DNA of 60,965 nucleotides from Chiloscyllium plagiosum. Lineage: Eukaryota. The first letter of the stretch is position 1. The number at the start of each line of letters is the position of its first letter. Made by a program: the position numbers and the translations under genes. The notes beneath the pieces are model-generated. The model had not been told where the DNA came from, did not search any database, and saw only the letters and a list, made by a program, of their open reading frames with translations. Shown here in pieces: positions 38,851 through 52,780 of the stretch. The stretch spans positions 3,329,878-3,390,842 of the forward strand of contig NC_057759.1 in NCBI RefSeq assembly GCF_004010195.1, written 5' to 3'.

Positions 38851-39700
38851 GCCTGTCACTGCACCTTGTTGATAGCGGACAGGCTTTGGGGAGTCCAAAG
38901 GTGAGTTACTCACTGCAGGCTTCCCAGCCTCTGACCTGCTCTTGTAGCTATTGTATTTACGTGGTGAGTCCAATCCAGTTTCTGGCCAATGGCATACCCA
39001 GGATATTAATTGTGGGGGATTTAGTGATGATATTAATACTGAAAGTCAAGGGCCGTTGGTTAGATTCTCTCTTGACGGTCATCGGTATGATGTTGCTAAT
39101 GGGTGATTCAGTGATGCTAACACCAATTAGATTTGCTTTTAATGATAGCAACCCAAATGTTATTGTGGAGCAGGGAGGATGGGTGGCAATGGTTATGATC
39201 TCTCAACATAGCCTCCAGAATGTTGATAATGGAGAAAATGAAGGGGATAATTGTTAAATTTTCCCTCAATAGTAACTTCAGCATGTGGATAGTGGGGACT
39301 TTAGTGATAATAACACAGTAGAACACCAAAGGGAGATGGTTCAATTCTCTCTCAATGGTAAACCACCCCCCCACCCCCACCCCCAATATTGATAGTGTGA
39401 CGGATTCAGTCATGGTAATATCTTTGAAAGTGAAGGGGCTGGTGAGATTCTCTCTCACTGGTAACCCCTATATATTGATAGTGAGGTGAGATGGTAACAC
39501 CATTGAATGTCAAGGGGTGATGGTTTGATTCTCTCTTATTGGAGATAGTCGTTGCCTGGAATTTGTGAGGTGGGAATGTTACTTACCACTCATCAGCCTA
39601 AGCCAACTTGAGTTGTCTGAGTGGCAAGCTACTGCAGCAATCAAATCTTAGTGCTTCCCATTGTGGCTGTGTATGTTTTTCTATGGATTAGATTCCTCAG

Positions 39701-39968
39701 TGGAGACTGGAGCACCCTGTACTAACGATGGAGCCAATGTGGGACAGATTCTTAGCAGGCGACCAGATCACTCTTAGCTGCGATGCCGGTCGGGAACTTC
39801 ATTCGACGATCTATAACTGGATCATAAACAAAATTACCAAAGAGTTCAGGAAGAAGACTTACATCATTGAGGCTGTAGAAAGGAGGATAATGGGGAGTAC
39901 AGATGCCAATATTCCACAACGGCACATTAAAAAACCCTACAGTAACAGCATTCTCGTGAGAGTATCCT
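39701..39968 (+). pseudogene. Ig domain 1 exon, frameshifted
   Basis: PVLTMEP..GDQITLSC..YNW..; the DNGEYRC motif (39886-39906) lies in another frame; ends SNSILVRVS with donor gtgagt at 39969. The acceptor could also be at 39691. Confidence 0.82.
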
Positions 39969-41619
39969 GTGAGTTTGGGTGTGTTTCTAATAATTCCCAA
40001 AGATAGGCAGGGGTAGGAATAGTAAGGATATTGGTCTTCTCATGGGTTAGGATCAGTGCAGCTGTGATGCGCAAAGGTTTGCGGGTCTTCACTGAATCGA
40101 TTGACGGTGCCTTCCACACCCCCACCCCCCACCCCCCAAACTTTCTCAGGCATTGCTGCCACATTGTGAGCCACATGCCCTTGAAATGGGCAGCTTGTCC
40201 ACTTGAAAGTTGGTGGCAATTGGATCTGGAAAGGGAAAGGGAAGTGCTAAGAACAGACAGCAGTCTCCCAGAAGGACTCTTCTGATGATGGGAAGTGGGT
40301 GGGTGGCATGGTTTCGACAGACACCATCTCATGTGCAGATCTCACTGAGCCTGGATCACTGTTACCCAGCGGCTCTTGTAGGGAAGCGGGGGGATTCAAA
40401 TTCACCCTTTTGGTTGTCACCCTGGTCCACTTGATTGCTAATCTGTGATACGACCGGTACATATGACCCCGCCCCTTATGTTCATATATAGTTCGTTATT
40501 AAAGCCGTTAAAATGGGGAACGGGACTGAGACTATACCATTGAATGACAGAGCTCTCTCGAAGGGCCGAATGGCCTACTCCTGCCCCTATTTTCATATTT
40601 CTATCATCGTCACCCAACTCTTCAGCCTTCGACTTAACTGGCTCCTTCTTTCCATTTCTGTCTTTTCAATGTCATGTTTCATCCACGAGTCTGTTTGTGT
40701 GACAGTCTCGCGATTTTGAGGGCGTGAGTGTTTTATTATATATTTTACACCTCTGAGAATTTTAAGTTTCTATATCAAACTGCCCTGGCTTGGAGGCTTT
40801 ACAAATTAAAAGAAAAACAAGAAGAAAACATCCTGCTGGTGCACTCCCAGAGGGAAAATGATCTGAACTGAAATAATCTCTTGCTAAGAGAAAACCAGCT
40901 CCCTTTTAAAACCAGATTCCTGGTTATTTCCCAATTTAAGTCAAAACAAAGCTCACAGTTTAATGCAGATACCGTGTCTGTTACAGACTGAAAAGCATCA
41001 TACTCCACTAAAGCCCGAGCGATGAAGTTTCTCATCCATGGAATCTTGCCTGTAAACCGCCTCTGTGTTCCCCTAAACCCCGCCCCATTCCCCATTATGT
41101 TGTTATAACATGGTGCCAACAAGTGTACACAGTACTCCAGTTGATGTTTAACTGGTGTCTTGTACATATTCAAAATCACTGCCCTGCTGTCAGACTCTAC
41201 AACTCTATTAATAAAGCCAAAGGCATTGTGTTTTATTAACTGCTCTCCCCATGTCGTTCCACCTTCACTGATTTGTGGGCATGCGCCCCAGCTCCCTCTG
41301 CTCCTACACCCCTCTGTAGAATTGTATCCCCCTACTTTGTATTGTCATTCAATGTTCTTCCCACCAAAGTCCCGCACCTCACAATTCTCTTTACATTGAA
41401 TTGCATCTGCCACCGCTCTGCCCATGCCACCTACTTGTCAATGTCCTATTGGATTTCCGCACTATTTCTCCTTACAGTTTACGATTCTCCTGGGATTTTA
41501 TGCAATCTGTAAAGTTGGAAATGCTGCCCCTGCACAACAAGATCCAGATCATCAATTATGCATTTCGGGAAAAGAGGAGCCACTACTTCAACTACAAGCC
41601 TACCTCTGGCCTGAAAAAG

Positions 41620-42440
41620 TGATTGGGTCAGTGGGCTGAGGAGTGGGAGAAGGAGTTTAATTTGGATAAATGTGATGTGTTACTTTTTGGTAAAACAAAC
41701 AAAGGCAGAGCTTCTACAATTAAAAGGGCCTTGGGTAGTGTATTGAATAGAGAGACTTGGGATTCAGGAGCACAATTCTTTCAAATTTGCATCACAGGAA
41801 GACAGGATGGTTAAGAGGGCATTTAGCATGTTTGTCTTCATTGCTCAGACCATTGAATATAGGGATTGGATGTCATGTTGAGGTTGTACAGTATGTTGGT
41901 GAGGCCTCTTCCGGAGTCCTGTGTCCAGTTCTGGCTGCCCTGTTAAAGGAAAGTTGTTATTACGCAGAAGGGGGTTCAGAAAGGATTTACCAGAATATTG
42001 CTGGGAATGGAGGGTTTGAGTTATAAAAAGATGTTGGATTGGCTGGAGTGCACGAGGTAGAAGGGTGATCTTAGAGGTTTTTAAAATCATGAGAGGATGG
42101 CAGGTATCTTTTTTCCCGAGGGTGGGGGATCCCAAGACAAGTGGGCATATTTTTAAGATAAGAGTAGAAAGATTTAAGAAGGACACGAAAGACAATTGAT
42201 TTTACACAGCGTGGTTCATGTGTGGAATGAATTTTCAGAGGAAGTGATGGATGTGGGTACAGTTGTAAAGTTTGAAAAACATTTGGCTAAGTGCATGAAT
42301 TAAAAAAAAAATGTTTGCAGGGATCTGAGCCAAGCTCAGGCAGATGGGGCTAGTTTAGTTTGGGATTATGATCATCTTGGACTTGTTGGACCAAAACGTC
42401 CATTTCTGTGTTGTATGAACCTATGCGTTGATGACTCTAT
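41620..42440 (+). mobile_element. CR1 LINE 3' fragment
   Basis: GQWAEEW.KEFNLDKC motif and the CR1 3' UTR. Confidence 0.82.
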
Positions 42441-43719
42441 GACGCTAAATCTGATGCATTCTTTTCATCCTTTTGTAATCCCCCACCCACTTGACAGTTT
42501 CTCTTCCACAGTCAATGCAGGACATTAAGAAATGGTTCTCCTTTCCAAACATTAACAGCACAGAAAGAATAGTTGATCTCAGCAGTATCTGTTCCGTACG
42601 TAGCAGGCACTAACTGCTATATAAGCAGAGCAGTGACTTGTGACACTTGCATTCTCAAATTCTTGAGCTGTGGGATCAGAATTAGGCCATTCAGCCCATT
42701 GCATCTACTCCAGTGTTACATGATATCGCAATCCGTCTGATCATCCACAACTCTACTCTCCCCAGTCACCCTCGACTCCCCTTCCCAATTAAAATTTTCA
42801 GCCTTGGATACACTCAATGATCCAGCTTCAACAGCCCTGTGCGGCAAAGAATTCCACAGACTCACTATCCACGGACAGAAGGAGTTCCTTCTTATCTCCA
42901 ACTCACAGGCTGCCCGCCACACACCCTTATTCTGAGACAAAGCCCCTCTTGTCTCAAGCTCTCCGAACAAGGGGAAACAACCTCTTCTGCATCAATGCTG
43001 TAAAAGCCTTGAAGAATATTCCATAAGGTCGCCTCCTTCTTGTAAACTCCAGTGTGAACAGGCCCAACTTACTCAATTTCTCCCTCATTAGACAGTCCCT
43101 CCCTACCCATCTCAGCTGAGTGAACCTTCTGTGGACTGCCTCCAATGCTGGTCTAACCATCCTTAGATATGGGGCCCAAACTGTTCACTGGATCCTAACT
43201 AATGCATTGGCTGTATAGCTTTAGGAAAACTTCCCACCTTTTATAGCCAATTTCCTTTTGAAATAAAAACAATTTGTGTTCCCTGAAACCCACTGTATTT
43301 GCATGCTAGCGTTTTTTGTGATTCACAAACAAGGACTCCTCAAATCCCTCTGATCCATAGCTTTCTGCAGTCTTTCTCCATTTAAATAATACCCAGCTCC
43401 TCTATCTTTTCTGTCACTTGGAAGCACTGTTCCTGAGAATTACAAATTATTTTTGCCTGTATTTTGGATAGCGGGATGAAATGGGGAAAAGACACTGCGA
43501 AAGCAAAACTCTGTTCCCATTTTGGAAGTTTGTTTTATAATCATAAGTGGAAGGGTTGGTTACACAGCTGCTTGTTGAAGCACGAGGGAATGTCGTGTTG
43601 GATGATGAGCTGGAGTCAGGGGGCTTGTATGAGTAGAGACTTTGCTGGCAGCAAGCAGCTGATTGATCTGGTTGGTTCTTATGCCCTGTTATTAATTCAA
43701 GTCATTTCTTTCTTGACAG

Positions 43720-44009
43720 CTCATGATTCACTTATAAGTATTGAATCTTAGCCAGCAGGTCTGTGGTAAGAACAGACACTGAAGTTGAGTTATCAATTCC
43801 CGTTCCGTGCGCAAGATGAATTCCTTTACACATTTTATCGGGAAGGCTATGTTGTGGCTGAGATCCAGACAAGAAATAAAAGTGTTTCTTTTGAAAAGCA
43901 ATGGGTTACGTTTGAGAATGCAGGACGGATGGTATCGATGCCAAATGCAGCTTGTTAAGTATCCCAATGGTCCTGTATATGTCAGCTTACAAACATGTGG
44001 ATGTGCGAG
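43720..44009 (+). pseudogene. Ig domain 2 exon with stops and frameshifts
   Basis: Acceptor ttgacag; HDSLISIES*PAGLW*EQTLKLSYQF..YTFYREG..ENAG / GWYRCQ / KHVDVR. Stops at 43749-51 and 43767-69, first Cys replaced by Tyr, donor gtacgt at 44010. Confidence 0.82.
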
Positions 44010-45981
44010 GTACGTTTCACTTTAGAATATAAGGGTTAGAAGCAGAACGAGGCCATTCAGTCCCTCCAAAACCTGCTTCCCCCATTCCGTACGATTGTGG
44101 CTGATCATATCTCAGCCTCATCTCCACTTCCCTGCCCCCACTCTCTTTAACCCGTCATGATGACTTGGAACGATGGCCAATGTTGAACCCTCAACATGTC
44201 GCTGACACTCAAAATTCCGACATCAGGCTGACTGGTCTATAATTCCAAATGGATGTAGTCTATATGGACTTTAGTGAGGCCTTTGACAAGTTCCTGCATG
44301 GCAGACTAGTCACAAAGGTTATGATTCTGTGAGAGTAAGCCTTATTGGATTCAAATTGGCTCAGTTCTAGGAAGCAGAGAGTGATGTTTGAAGGTTGTTT
44401 CTCAGACTGGAGGCCTGTGACTTGTGGTGTGCCACAGGATTCAGTGCTGGGACATGTGTTATTTGTTATTTACATAAATGATCTGGCTATAAATATACAA
44501 GGCATGATTAATAATTTGGCGGATGATACAAAATTAGAGGTACGGTTGACAGCAAGAAAGTTTATCAAAATTACAAAGGGATCTTGATCAGATGGGGAAG
44601 TAGCCTGAAGATCGGCACAATCAAAAATCCTTCTGCCTCCTCCTCAAATTTATTACATGTTCTGGCATCTCCCGGAACCTCTGGGGAGGGCGGAGTGGTG
44701 AATTTCTACAGATTCACGCCTCCCTTCCCTGACTCCCAACTTTCAGAAAAGGGAACCCTCCTTATCTCTGCTTTCAGTCTGCTCAGTCCCTTATCCTGAA
44801 ATAATGACCTCTCGTTCTCGATTGTCTCACAGGAGGAAACATCCTCTCTCCAGTTTATGGAAAGGGACATGGATTTGTAATTAGTTGTTGCCTAGTATTC
44901 ACTATTAGAGTTCGGAAAATAAGTTATTATTTTTCTTTAAATAGTAGAAATTAGGAGTTCTCTGTCACACACTCACATTTTAACAGATCACGAGCTGAGG
45001 TGAGCTTTTCTGGGTGTATGTTTTTAATTAACAGAGGATTTCGTTGGGTCAGAGGGCCTTTTCCATGCTGTATTACTGTATGACTCTACTTCCCTTTTTA
45101 AATAGCAAGGTTACATCAGCAAACGTCTTATCTGTACGAACTGCCCCACAGTCTGTTGGATCCTTGAACACTGTCACCAATGCAACCATAAATTCTATGG
45201 CCACTTCCTTAACCACTCTGCGATTGTAGATTGTCAGGCCCTGAGGATCGATCTCCCTCTAATCTCATCAATTTCCCTAGCAATATTCCTTTATTTCCTC
45301 CCGCTCAACTTCTGTGTTCCCCATCACTTCCAGCACATTTTTCATCTCCTCCTGTATGAAGACAGAAGTGAAGCATAAATTCAGTTCATTAGCCATTTCT
45401 TTGTTCCTCATTGTTAATTCTCTTGTTTCCGAGTGCAATGGACTTACATTAATTTACAGCAATACTTTTCTCTTTACATATTTTCAGAAGCTTTTGCAGT
45501 CAGTTCTTATGTTCTCAGCAAGCCTACACTAATACTCTAGTTTCCTCTTCTCATGCAATCTTTTTGTCCTCCTTCAGTGACTTCTGAACTGTTCCTCATC
45601 CTCAAGGCTTTCTTGTTCATTTGAAAGCCTTTTCTTTGCATCTAATGCTAACAGAAACTTCCCTTGTAAGCCATAGTTTGGCCACTGTTCTCATTTCACT
45701 TAAATCAGATTGGAATAAATAATTTTAGTAGTTGACCCATTTGCTATTTGAATGCTCGCCACTGCCTACCCACTCTCATTCTTTTCAGTAACATTTCCCA
45801 TTCCATCATAGCCTACTCACGCTTCATACTACCATAGTTTACCTGATTAACATTCAGAAACCTAGCCTCAGAATCACACTCTCCATTCTAACGAAAAATT
45901 CTATCATGCTATGAATGACCAAGGGATCTCTCACAAGTGCACTATCAATCATTCCAATAAAAAGCTATCTAAATACATAAC

Positions 45982-46300
45982 GGCGGCACGGTGGCACTGC
46001 AGCCTCACAGCGCCAGAGACCCGGGTTCAATTCCTGCCTCAGAAGACTGTCTGTCTGTGTGGAGTTTTCACATTCTCCCTGTGTCTGCGTGGGTTTCCTC
46101 TGGGTGCTCCTGTTTCCTCTCACCATCCAAAAATGTGCAGGTTAGGTGAATTGGCCATGCTAAATTGCCTGTAGTGTTAGATTTCCACAAGTGAATTTAA
46201 AAACAAATAATAAAACACCTATGTGGGAATGTGCTTTGTGAGGATGTGGACAGGCTGAACAAGTGGCAGAAGGGCCTGTTTCCACACTGTAATCTAATCT
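45982..46300 (+). mobile_element. HE1-type SINE, rearranged
   Basis: cagcctcacagcgccagagacccgggttcaattcc head and ctaatctaa tail. Confidence 0.82.
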
Positions 46301-46638
46301 AAAAAAAATACATAAAGGTATTCAGTCTATATCCAGGCTTTCAAATTGGTTATGGATGGAATGGTGTCAGAAATACCTGCTAGTTAATGATTAACATCAG
46401 ATGCAGAGATGAAAATACATCAGTTAATTGCTGCTGAAATAACTCCACAGGGGTTGGCATTCAGTCAAGTCACCCTTTAATTACATGTGTATAGTACATG
46501 ACATTGACCCAGATAGCTTAGAGCTGGCTGCTAGATTGAACCCCTGAAACTTCCATTTACATCTTTCATTGAAAATGATTCATCAAAATCCTATGGTTTA
46601 CATCACAAAACATTTTAACCACTCTCTGTCAATTTCAG

Positions 46639-46905
46639 AAAGTCCAGTGTTATTGAAGATGGATCCCAGACTGCAGAGAGCCGGTGATTCCATCACACTG
46701 AATTGTACCTGTGCCCAGGATCACGTGTGTGGGAGAGGACAAATTTCCTTCTACAGAAACGAAAACCTCGTGAGCTCTAAGTCTGTGTCTCACAACATCT
46801 ATCACATCCACCAAGCGACTCCAATGGATTCAGGGTGGTATCACTGCATGTTTTTCCAGAACTTTTCAATGTTCACATCCCTCCGGGTAGAAGTCACTGT
46901 CCAGA
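46639..46905 (+). CDS. Ig domain 3 exon, intact C2-type
   Basis: Acceptor tttcag and donor A|gtgagt; SPVLLKMDP..GDSITLNC..SFYRN..DSGWYHC..VEVTVQ; 267 nt, phase 1-1. Confidence 0.92.
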
Positions 46906-49544
46906 GTGAGTGAACAGAGTAGCCGAGGTGCAGTGGGGGTGTGGGGGGAGGCTAACACGGGATGGAAACCATGGTTCACGAGCACTGATCTGGCTAAATT
47001 GAAATGGTGTCTTTTGTTTCTCGTGTTGAAACCAATCAGGATACTTTGCAAGAGTTCCAATTTGAGGTGGAGGAAATTGACATTGGCAATGGAAGAGACA
47101 GGATGGATTGGCTCTCCAGTTGCCATACAGGACGCATACCAGTCAATGACTATTTGCCATAATAGGTCTCTCGGGTTGAACGACATCTGCACATCATCTT
47201 TTATTGCTGTTGGAATAGTTCCAGTTTTACTCTCCAAATTTAGCTGCTGCGGATAAGGGTTAACTTCATGAGAAGTGTTCTGTATTTGGTAGATCGCCTA
47301 CTTTCACCTCTGCTCTGATCCTGAGACCAGTTTCTCATTGGAGATCATTTGGCTGTGAGGGACCTCTTACCATGAAATTTGGGCCAACTCTGTGCAAGTG
47401 TTGCATCTGCATGGTGCTTGAAACTCGACTGTTTTCAGAATGTGAAGACCAAAAGATGTTGGTCTAGGAATAAGCTATTCATCCCCTAGAATCCCATAAA
47501 TGGGAACACTTCTGATCTAATCATCCTCAACTCTACTTTCATGTCATTCCCACCCCACTCAAACACTCTCACTGCCACAAAACACCCACCCATCACCAAA
47601 AATTCCCCTTCCTGATTAAAAATCTCTTTATCTCGGCTTGAATACACTCAGTGAGCCAAGCTCAACATCACTGTGTGGTAAAGAATTCCACAGATTAGCT
47701 CCCTCAGAGAAAATAAATTCCTCCCCATTTCCATCTTCAATGGGCAACCTCCTTTATTCTGAGAGAATGCCCCTCTGGTCCTAGATTCTCCCACACAAAG
47801 GGAAACAATTTCTCTCCTTCTCCCTTTTCAAGTCCCTCTAAGAATCTTCAATAAGGTCACGTCTCATTTTTCTGAACTCCAACCAGGACAGACCCGACCT
47901 ACTCAACCTCTTCCTCATCAGACAGTCTCTCCATATCTGGGATCAGCTGAGTGAATCTTCTCTGCCCTGCCTCGCTGCCCAGACTACATATTCTTAGATA
48001 TGGGGACCCAGAACTGTTCAAGGTATTCCAAATTGGATAACTATTAGATAAAGTGTGGTGTTGAATTTTGGTAAGGCAAATCAGGGCAGGATTGATACAC
48101 TTGGTGGTAGCATCCAGGGGAATATTGCCTCACAAAGAGATGCAGGTTCACAATTCCTTGAAAGTGGAGTTGCAGGTGGACAGGATAGTGAAGAAGAAGG
48201 TGTTTGGTACACTTACATTCATTGGTGAGTGCATTGAATATAGGAATTGGGACGTAATGTTCTCGCTGTACAGGACATTAGTTAGGCCATTTTTTTTTGT
48301 AATACTGCATTCAAATCTGGTCTTCTTGCTGTAGGAGAGATGTTGTTAAGTTTAAAAGGTTTTGGGAAAAGATTTACAAGGATGTTGCCAGGGTTGGAGG
48401 GTTCGAGGAATAGGGAAATGCTGAACAGGCTGGGGCTATTTCCCTGGAGCGGTTAAGACTGAGTTTCGTAAAATTTGGAGGTTTATAAAAAACATGAGTG
48501 GCATGGATGGGGTGAATAGACAAGGTCTTTTCTCCCAGGGTTGAGTTTGATTGAAGTGTCTGTTTCCGTGCTGTTCATCTCTATGATTCTACTCTTCAGT
48601 TCCATTCCAAATGCCTCAGGTACAGAAGCAGTCTGCGCCAAAATGTAGCAAGATCTGGATAATACCTAGACTTGAGCTGACAAGTCGCAAGTAACATCTG
48701 CACCACGCAAACACCATCTGCAATAAGAAAGATTCTAACCATCGCCTCTTGATGTTAAATAGTGTTTCCATCACTGAGTCCCCTCACCATCAAAATTCTG
48801 GGGGTAACCATTGAAAGAGAATCTAACCATCAGCCCCTTGACCATTCTGTAATACCATTACGGAGTCTTCCCACAACCAAAGTCCTGGGTATCCCTACTG
48901 ACCAGAAACTGAACTGGACTTGCCATATCAATACTCCCCACTTGCCTGGATGCAGCCCTGATAACTCTGAGAAGCTCAACACCATCCAGGACAAAGTAGC
49001 TCCCACTTGATTAGCACCACATCCACAAACATCCACTCCCTCCATCATCAATGCTCAGTCTCAGCAATGCGTGCCACCTGCAAAATTCACCAAAGTTCCT
49101 CAGAAAGAATTTCCAAACCCATGACCACTTCCATCTCGCAGGGCAAGGGCAGGAGATACATGGGAACACCACCCTCTAGAATTTTACCCTCTGATCCACT
49201 CAACATCCTGACTTAGAAATATATCAGCTGTTCCTTCAGTGTCGCTAGGTGGACATCCTGAAATTACCTCCCAAAGGTCATGGGGCGTACCTAAAGCACA
49301 TTGACTGCAACTGGAGACTAGGGTGATTAATGCAGGGCACAGCCAGTCGCGCACACATCTGTAAGTAGAAAATAAAGTAGTGTCAGTAAGGGACAAAGAG
49401 TTCAAGTGAGGTTTATTAGAAATTAGTTAAGTGTATTACTGTTAGTTGGAGTTTTCAGTGCTAGTAAGGTTGATCAACCATTGTTACCTTTTCTTCTGTA
49501 CGGACAAATAAAATAAAGTTATTATAATGTTGCGCCTCCCACAC

Positions 49545-52240
49545 ATAGGCTCTACATTCTCGAGCATAGTGCCCTGTCTGCCCGCAGTGGTAGCACCACG
49601 CTGGCTGCCACATGTTCCCTGCTGTGTCTTTCTATCTCTCCCTGTTGCTGGGTTCCTTTGATAACAATTACCTCCTCTTCCTTCATTCCTCCATACTGGA
49701 TTGAGACTTGGAAAGGAAGCATTTTCCTTTCTTTCCCTGTATTATTTTTGTTTAGTTTGTCTGCTTCATTCCCCCATTTCAGAGACATTCTCCTCAGAAT
49801 CCACACCTCATTGTGGGTTGGCTCTGAAGGATCGAAGTTCACACTTCTTCCTGCTCTCTTCAGTGGCATGTGAAATTAGAGTCCTAGCCCACTTCATTAA
49901 ATCAGCCTCAGGTAACAGATCCCTGTTTAAATCCCCATAGACTCACAAGAAATATACATATGAATGATTGGTGGGGGAGACTGTTCTCTCTTCTTTTGAC
50001 TGCATTTGTTTAGCCCGTCAATGGGGTCTCGTTTATTGTACCCAATTGCTGTGAGAATTGCTTCTTTCATGGCGGCTTGGGATCCTTCCTCTACATCCAG
50101 AGACTGTGGTTGCACACTGTACTGACTGGCTCAAACACATTACGATGAGTTTTATCTCCTCTCTCTCAGCTAACTGCAGCAGGGGGTATCTCCTGGGTGC
50201 TAAACAGGTTGGATCCTCTGGGAAGGCTAGCAGAGAATCACAATCCTCTGTTCACTTGGCATATTGTAGCACATCTTGCCTGAACTCATCCGAAGCTACC
50301 TCCTGTTCTTCACTTTTAACATTTACTGCTGCTTGTGGATCTGCACATTTACTTTTTAACTGACTGACTTCATTCTCAGTGGTGTCTTCAGCTGAAACAG
50401 TTTGCTGGGTGTCCTGGTACGCTTTCTCACATTAGGTTTGGTATTGCCCTGTGTGTAATAGTTTGGCCTGATTTCTTTGGTCCTGAGTCGTGGATCTCCG
50501 TTGCAACTCTATTTCCTTCCTTGCGTTCTCTGTTTCTTTACAAAACTTTTTTCACTTCTTAGGCGAGAGTGAGGATTGCAGATGCTGCAGATCAGAGTCT
50601 AAAGTGTGGCAGTGGAAAAGCACAGCCAGTCAGGCAGCATCTGAGCAGCAGGAGAGTCGACCTTTTGAGCATAAAGTCTTCACTTCTGATGCTCCTGCTC
50701 CTCGGATACTGCCTGACCGGCTGTGCTTTGCCACCGCCACACTTTTAAAATTTTAAAATTCATGCTGAGTTCCTAGCAATTGTCTGAAACAGCATATTAT
50801 TGCTGTAGTTTTTTCAAGTTTGGATGACCACCTACTGGGAATTTTCCTCTATTTGCCTCAATATTTTTGTCTTAGGGATCCTGGTCCCATTTCATTATTA
50901 CTGCAAAATTGTGCTCATTTCGGCCACCTTTCCTTACTATATATATGTATATATTGCCTTAACTTCTTTTCAAAATCAGACAGTCGCTTTCTCGGCCATT
51001 TATCTGCTATTCTAAATTAAACTAAGGGTATGGCTTTCCCTGTGTTACAGTTTTAATCGCATCGGGTCTGTCCCAATTTCCAGTGTTTTACCTTGCCTAT
51101 TCTTCTAAGGATCTCTCTCTTTCTCTCTCTCTCACACACACACCTACACAAACATACTAACCTACCTACCTACTGGATTTATCCTTTAAAGAACAGTCCA
51201 ATGTAGACCTTTCTATTCCTTCAATTTACTTGAATTCCCAACCGTCACGTGGGACTTTGTCCTCTTAATTCAGGCACAGGCAAAATTTGAGGGAATATTA
51301 GGTTCCATGGGGTCCAATTTTGCAATAACAAAGTCACTTCTTATCGAGTGCTACCAAAGTCACCAATTTCTTGCGTCTGCCACGCAATGCAATTTGACTC
51401 TTATATTCAGTAAAGAACTGCAGGTCGACTCATAACATTAATAAGAAATGAGTTTTTATCAATTTCAACACAGCTAATACTATAATAACAATACACTACA
51501 AACTAATAAGTAACACTAAGTCTAATTAACTATCTGAACTCTTTAACTTTGAATGTACAAATACCACCACACTAGATATTAGCCTTCATCCACATGGCAA
51601 TGATCATTTGGTCTTCTTCTGGTGGTCCAAGGGTCATCTTCTTTTCATGTTACTTTGTCTTGAGCTACCGCTCTTGAGGGTTGTATTGTGGTGATTATAA
51701 TACCTGTAAGTGTTCTTATCTCTTTGGGAGAGTCTTTGATGCCGACAAATAGATCGATCAGAGCTTGATCACCCTGATCAATCGGGCCTAATCAGGCGTT
51801 GATGTGTTGATGGTGGGTGGTCCTCGGGCCTCCATTTCTAAGCATTTGGGGCATGGAGGTCAGGTAGCCTTTACTATATAAGGTTGTGAGAAACCTCTCT
51901 GTTCTAGAAAAGAACCCTATTGTTCAGGGAATGGGCTGTGTGAATTGTATATTGTACTATCTGCAGCTACTGCCTGTCTGGGTCTGTAGCTTGTTTATTT
52001 CAGTGCTTTTATGCGATACTTTGGTCACAGTCTGGCTAGATTTCCCAGCGTGCTTTATTTATTATCCAGTTTTTCATAAACCTGCCATTTTGAGCGTTCC
52101 GTCTGGCTACAGTAAGTGAATAATAGTCACATTGCATTAACCAATTTGAAGTGAATTACGGTATGGCAGTATAGCTCAATGATGTGGAATGTGTGTGTTT
52201 TAATATGTATGAAATCTTGTAGGTAACAGATGACCTGACA
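49545..52240 (-). mobile_element. Truncated LTR retroelement (LTR-like region, leader, decayed gag-like ORF), family uncertain
   Basis: TGTCA start at 52240 on the minus strand, TATA-like sequence near 51875, candidate PBS-like TGGTAGCA at 51349-51356, and a broken coding-like frame from the ATG at 50999 (..EEIKLIVMCL..KEAILTAIGYN..DP). Confidence 0.45.
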
Positions 52241-52780
52241 TGATTCCTTCTTTCATAGCATCACAAAAAAAAATAGGAGGAGGAATATGCCATTCAGCCC
52301 TTCGAAACCTGCTTCACCATTCAGTCTGATCATCCAACTCAGTGCTCTGGGTCTAGTTTGTAGTGTATTGTTATTATAGTATTAGCTGTGTTGAAATTGA
52401 TAAAAACTCATTTCTTATTAATGTTATGAGTCGACCTGCAGTTCTTTACTGAATATAAGAGTCAAATTGCATTGTGTGGCAGACGCAAGAAATTGGTGAC
52501 TTTGGTTACTCCGTGCCCTTTGATCCCTGTAGCCCTAAGAGGTAACCCTGATGAAAACAGTGTTAGAATAGAAAGGTGCTTGTTTTTAAATGGTAACACT
52601 CGAGAGTTCGAATGGCCTCTTTCTGTACTGAAGATTCGATGTTTATATCTAACTCTGGACCTTATCACTGGCAATGTGTCTTTGTGTGAAAAAAAATCAT
52701 GTGTGTTCAATTTGTGATGGGGTCATTACTTTTGTTGCATGGGCTTTAATCAATGCTGGAATTTTCTCTCTCCTTCCTAG

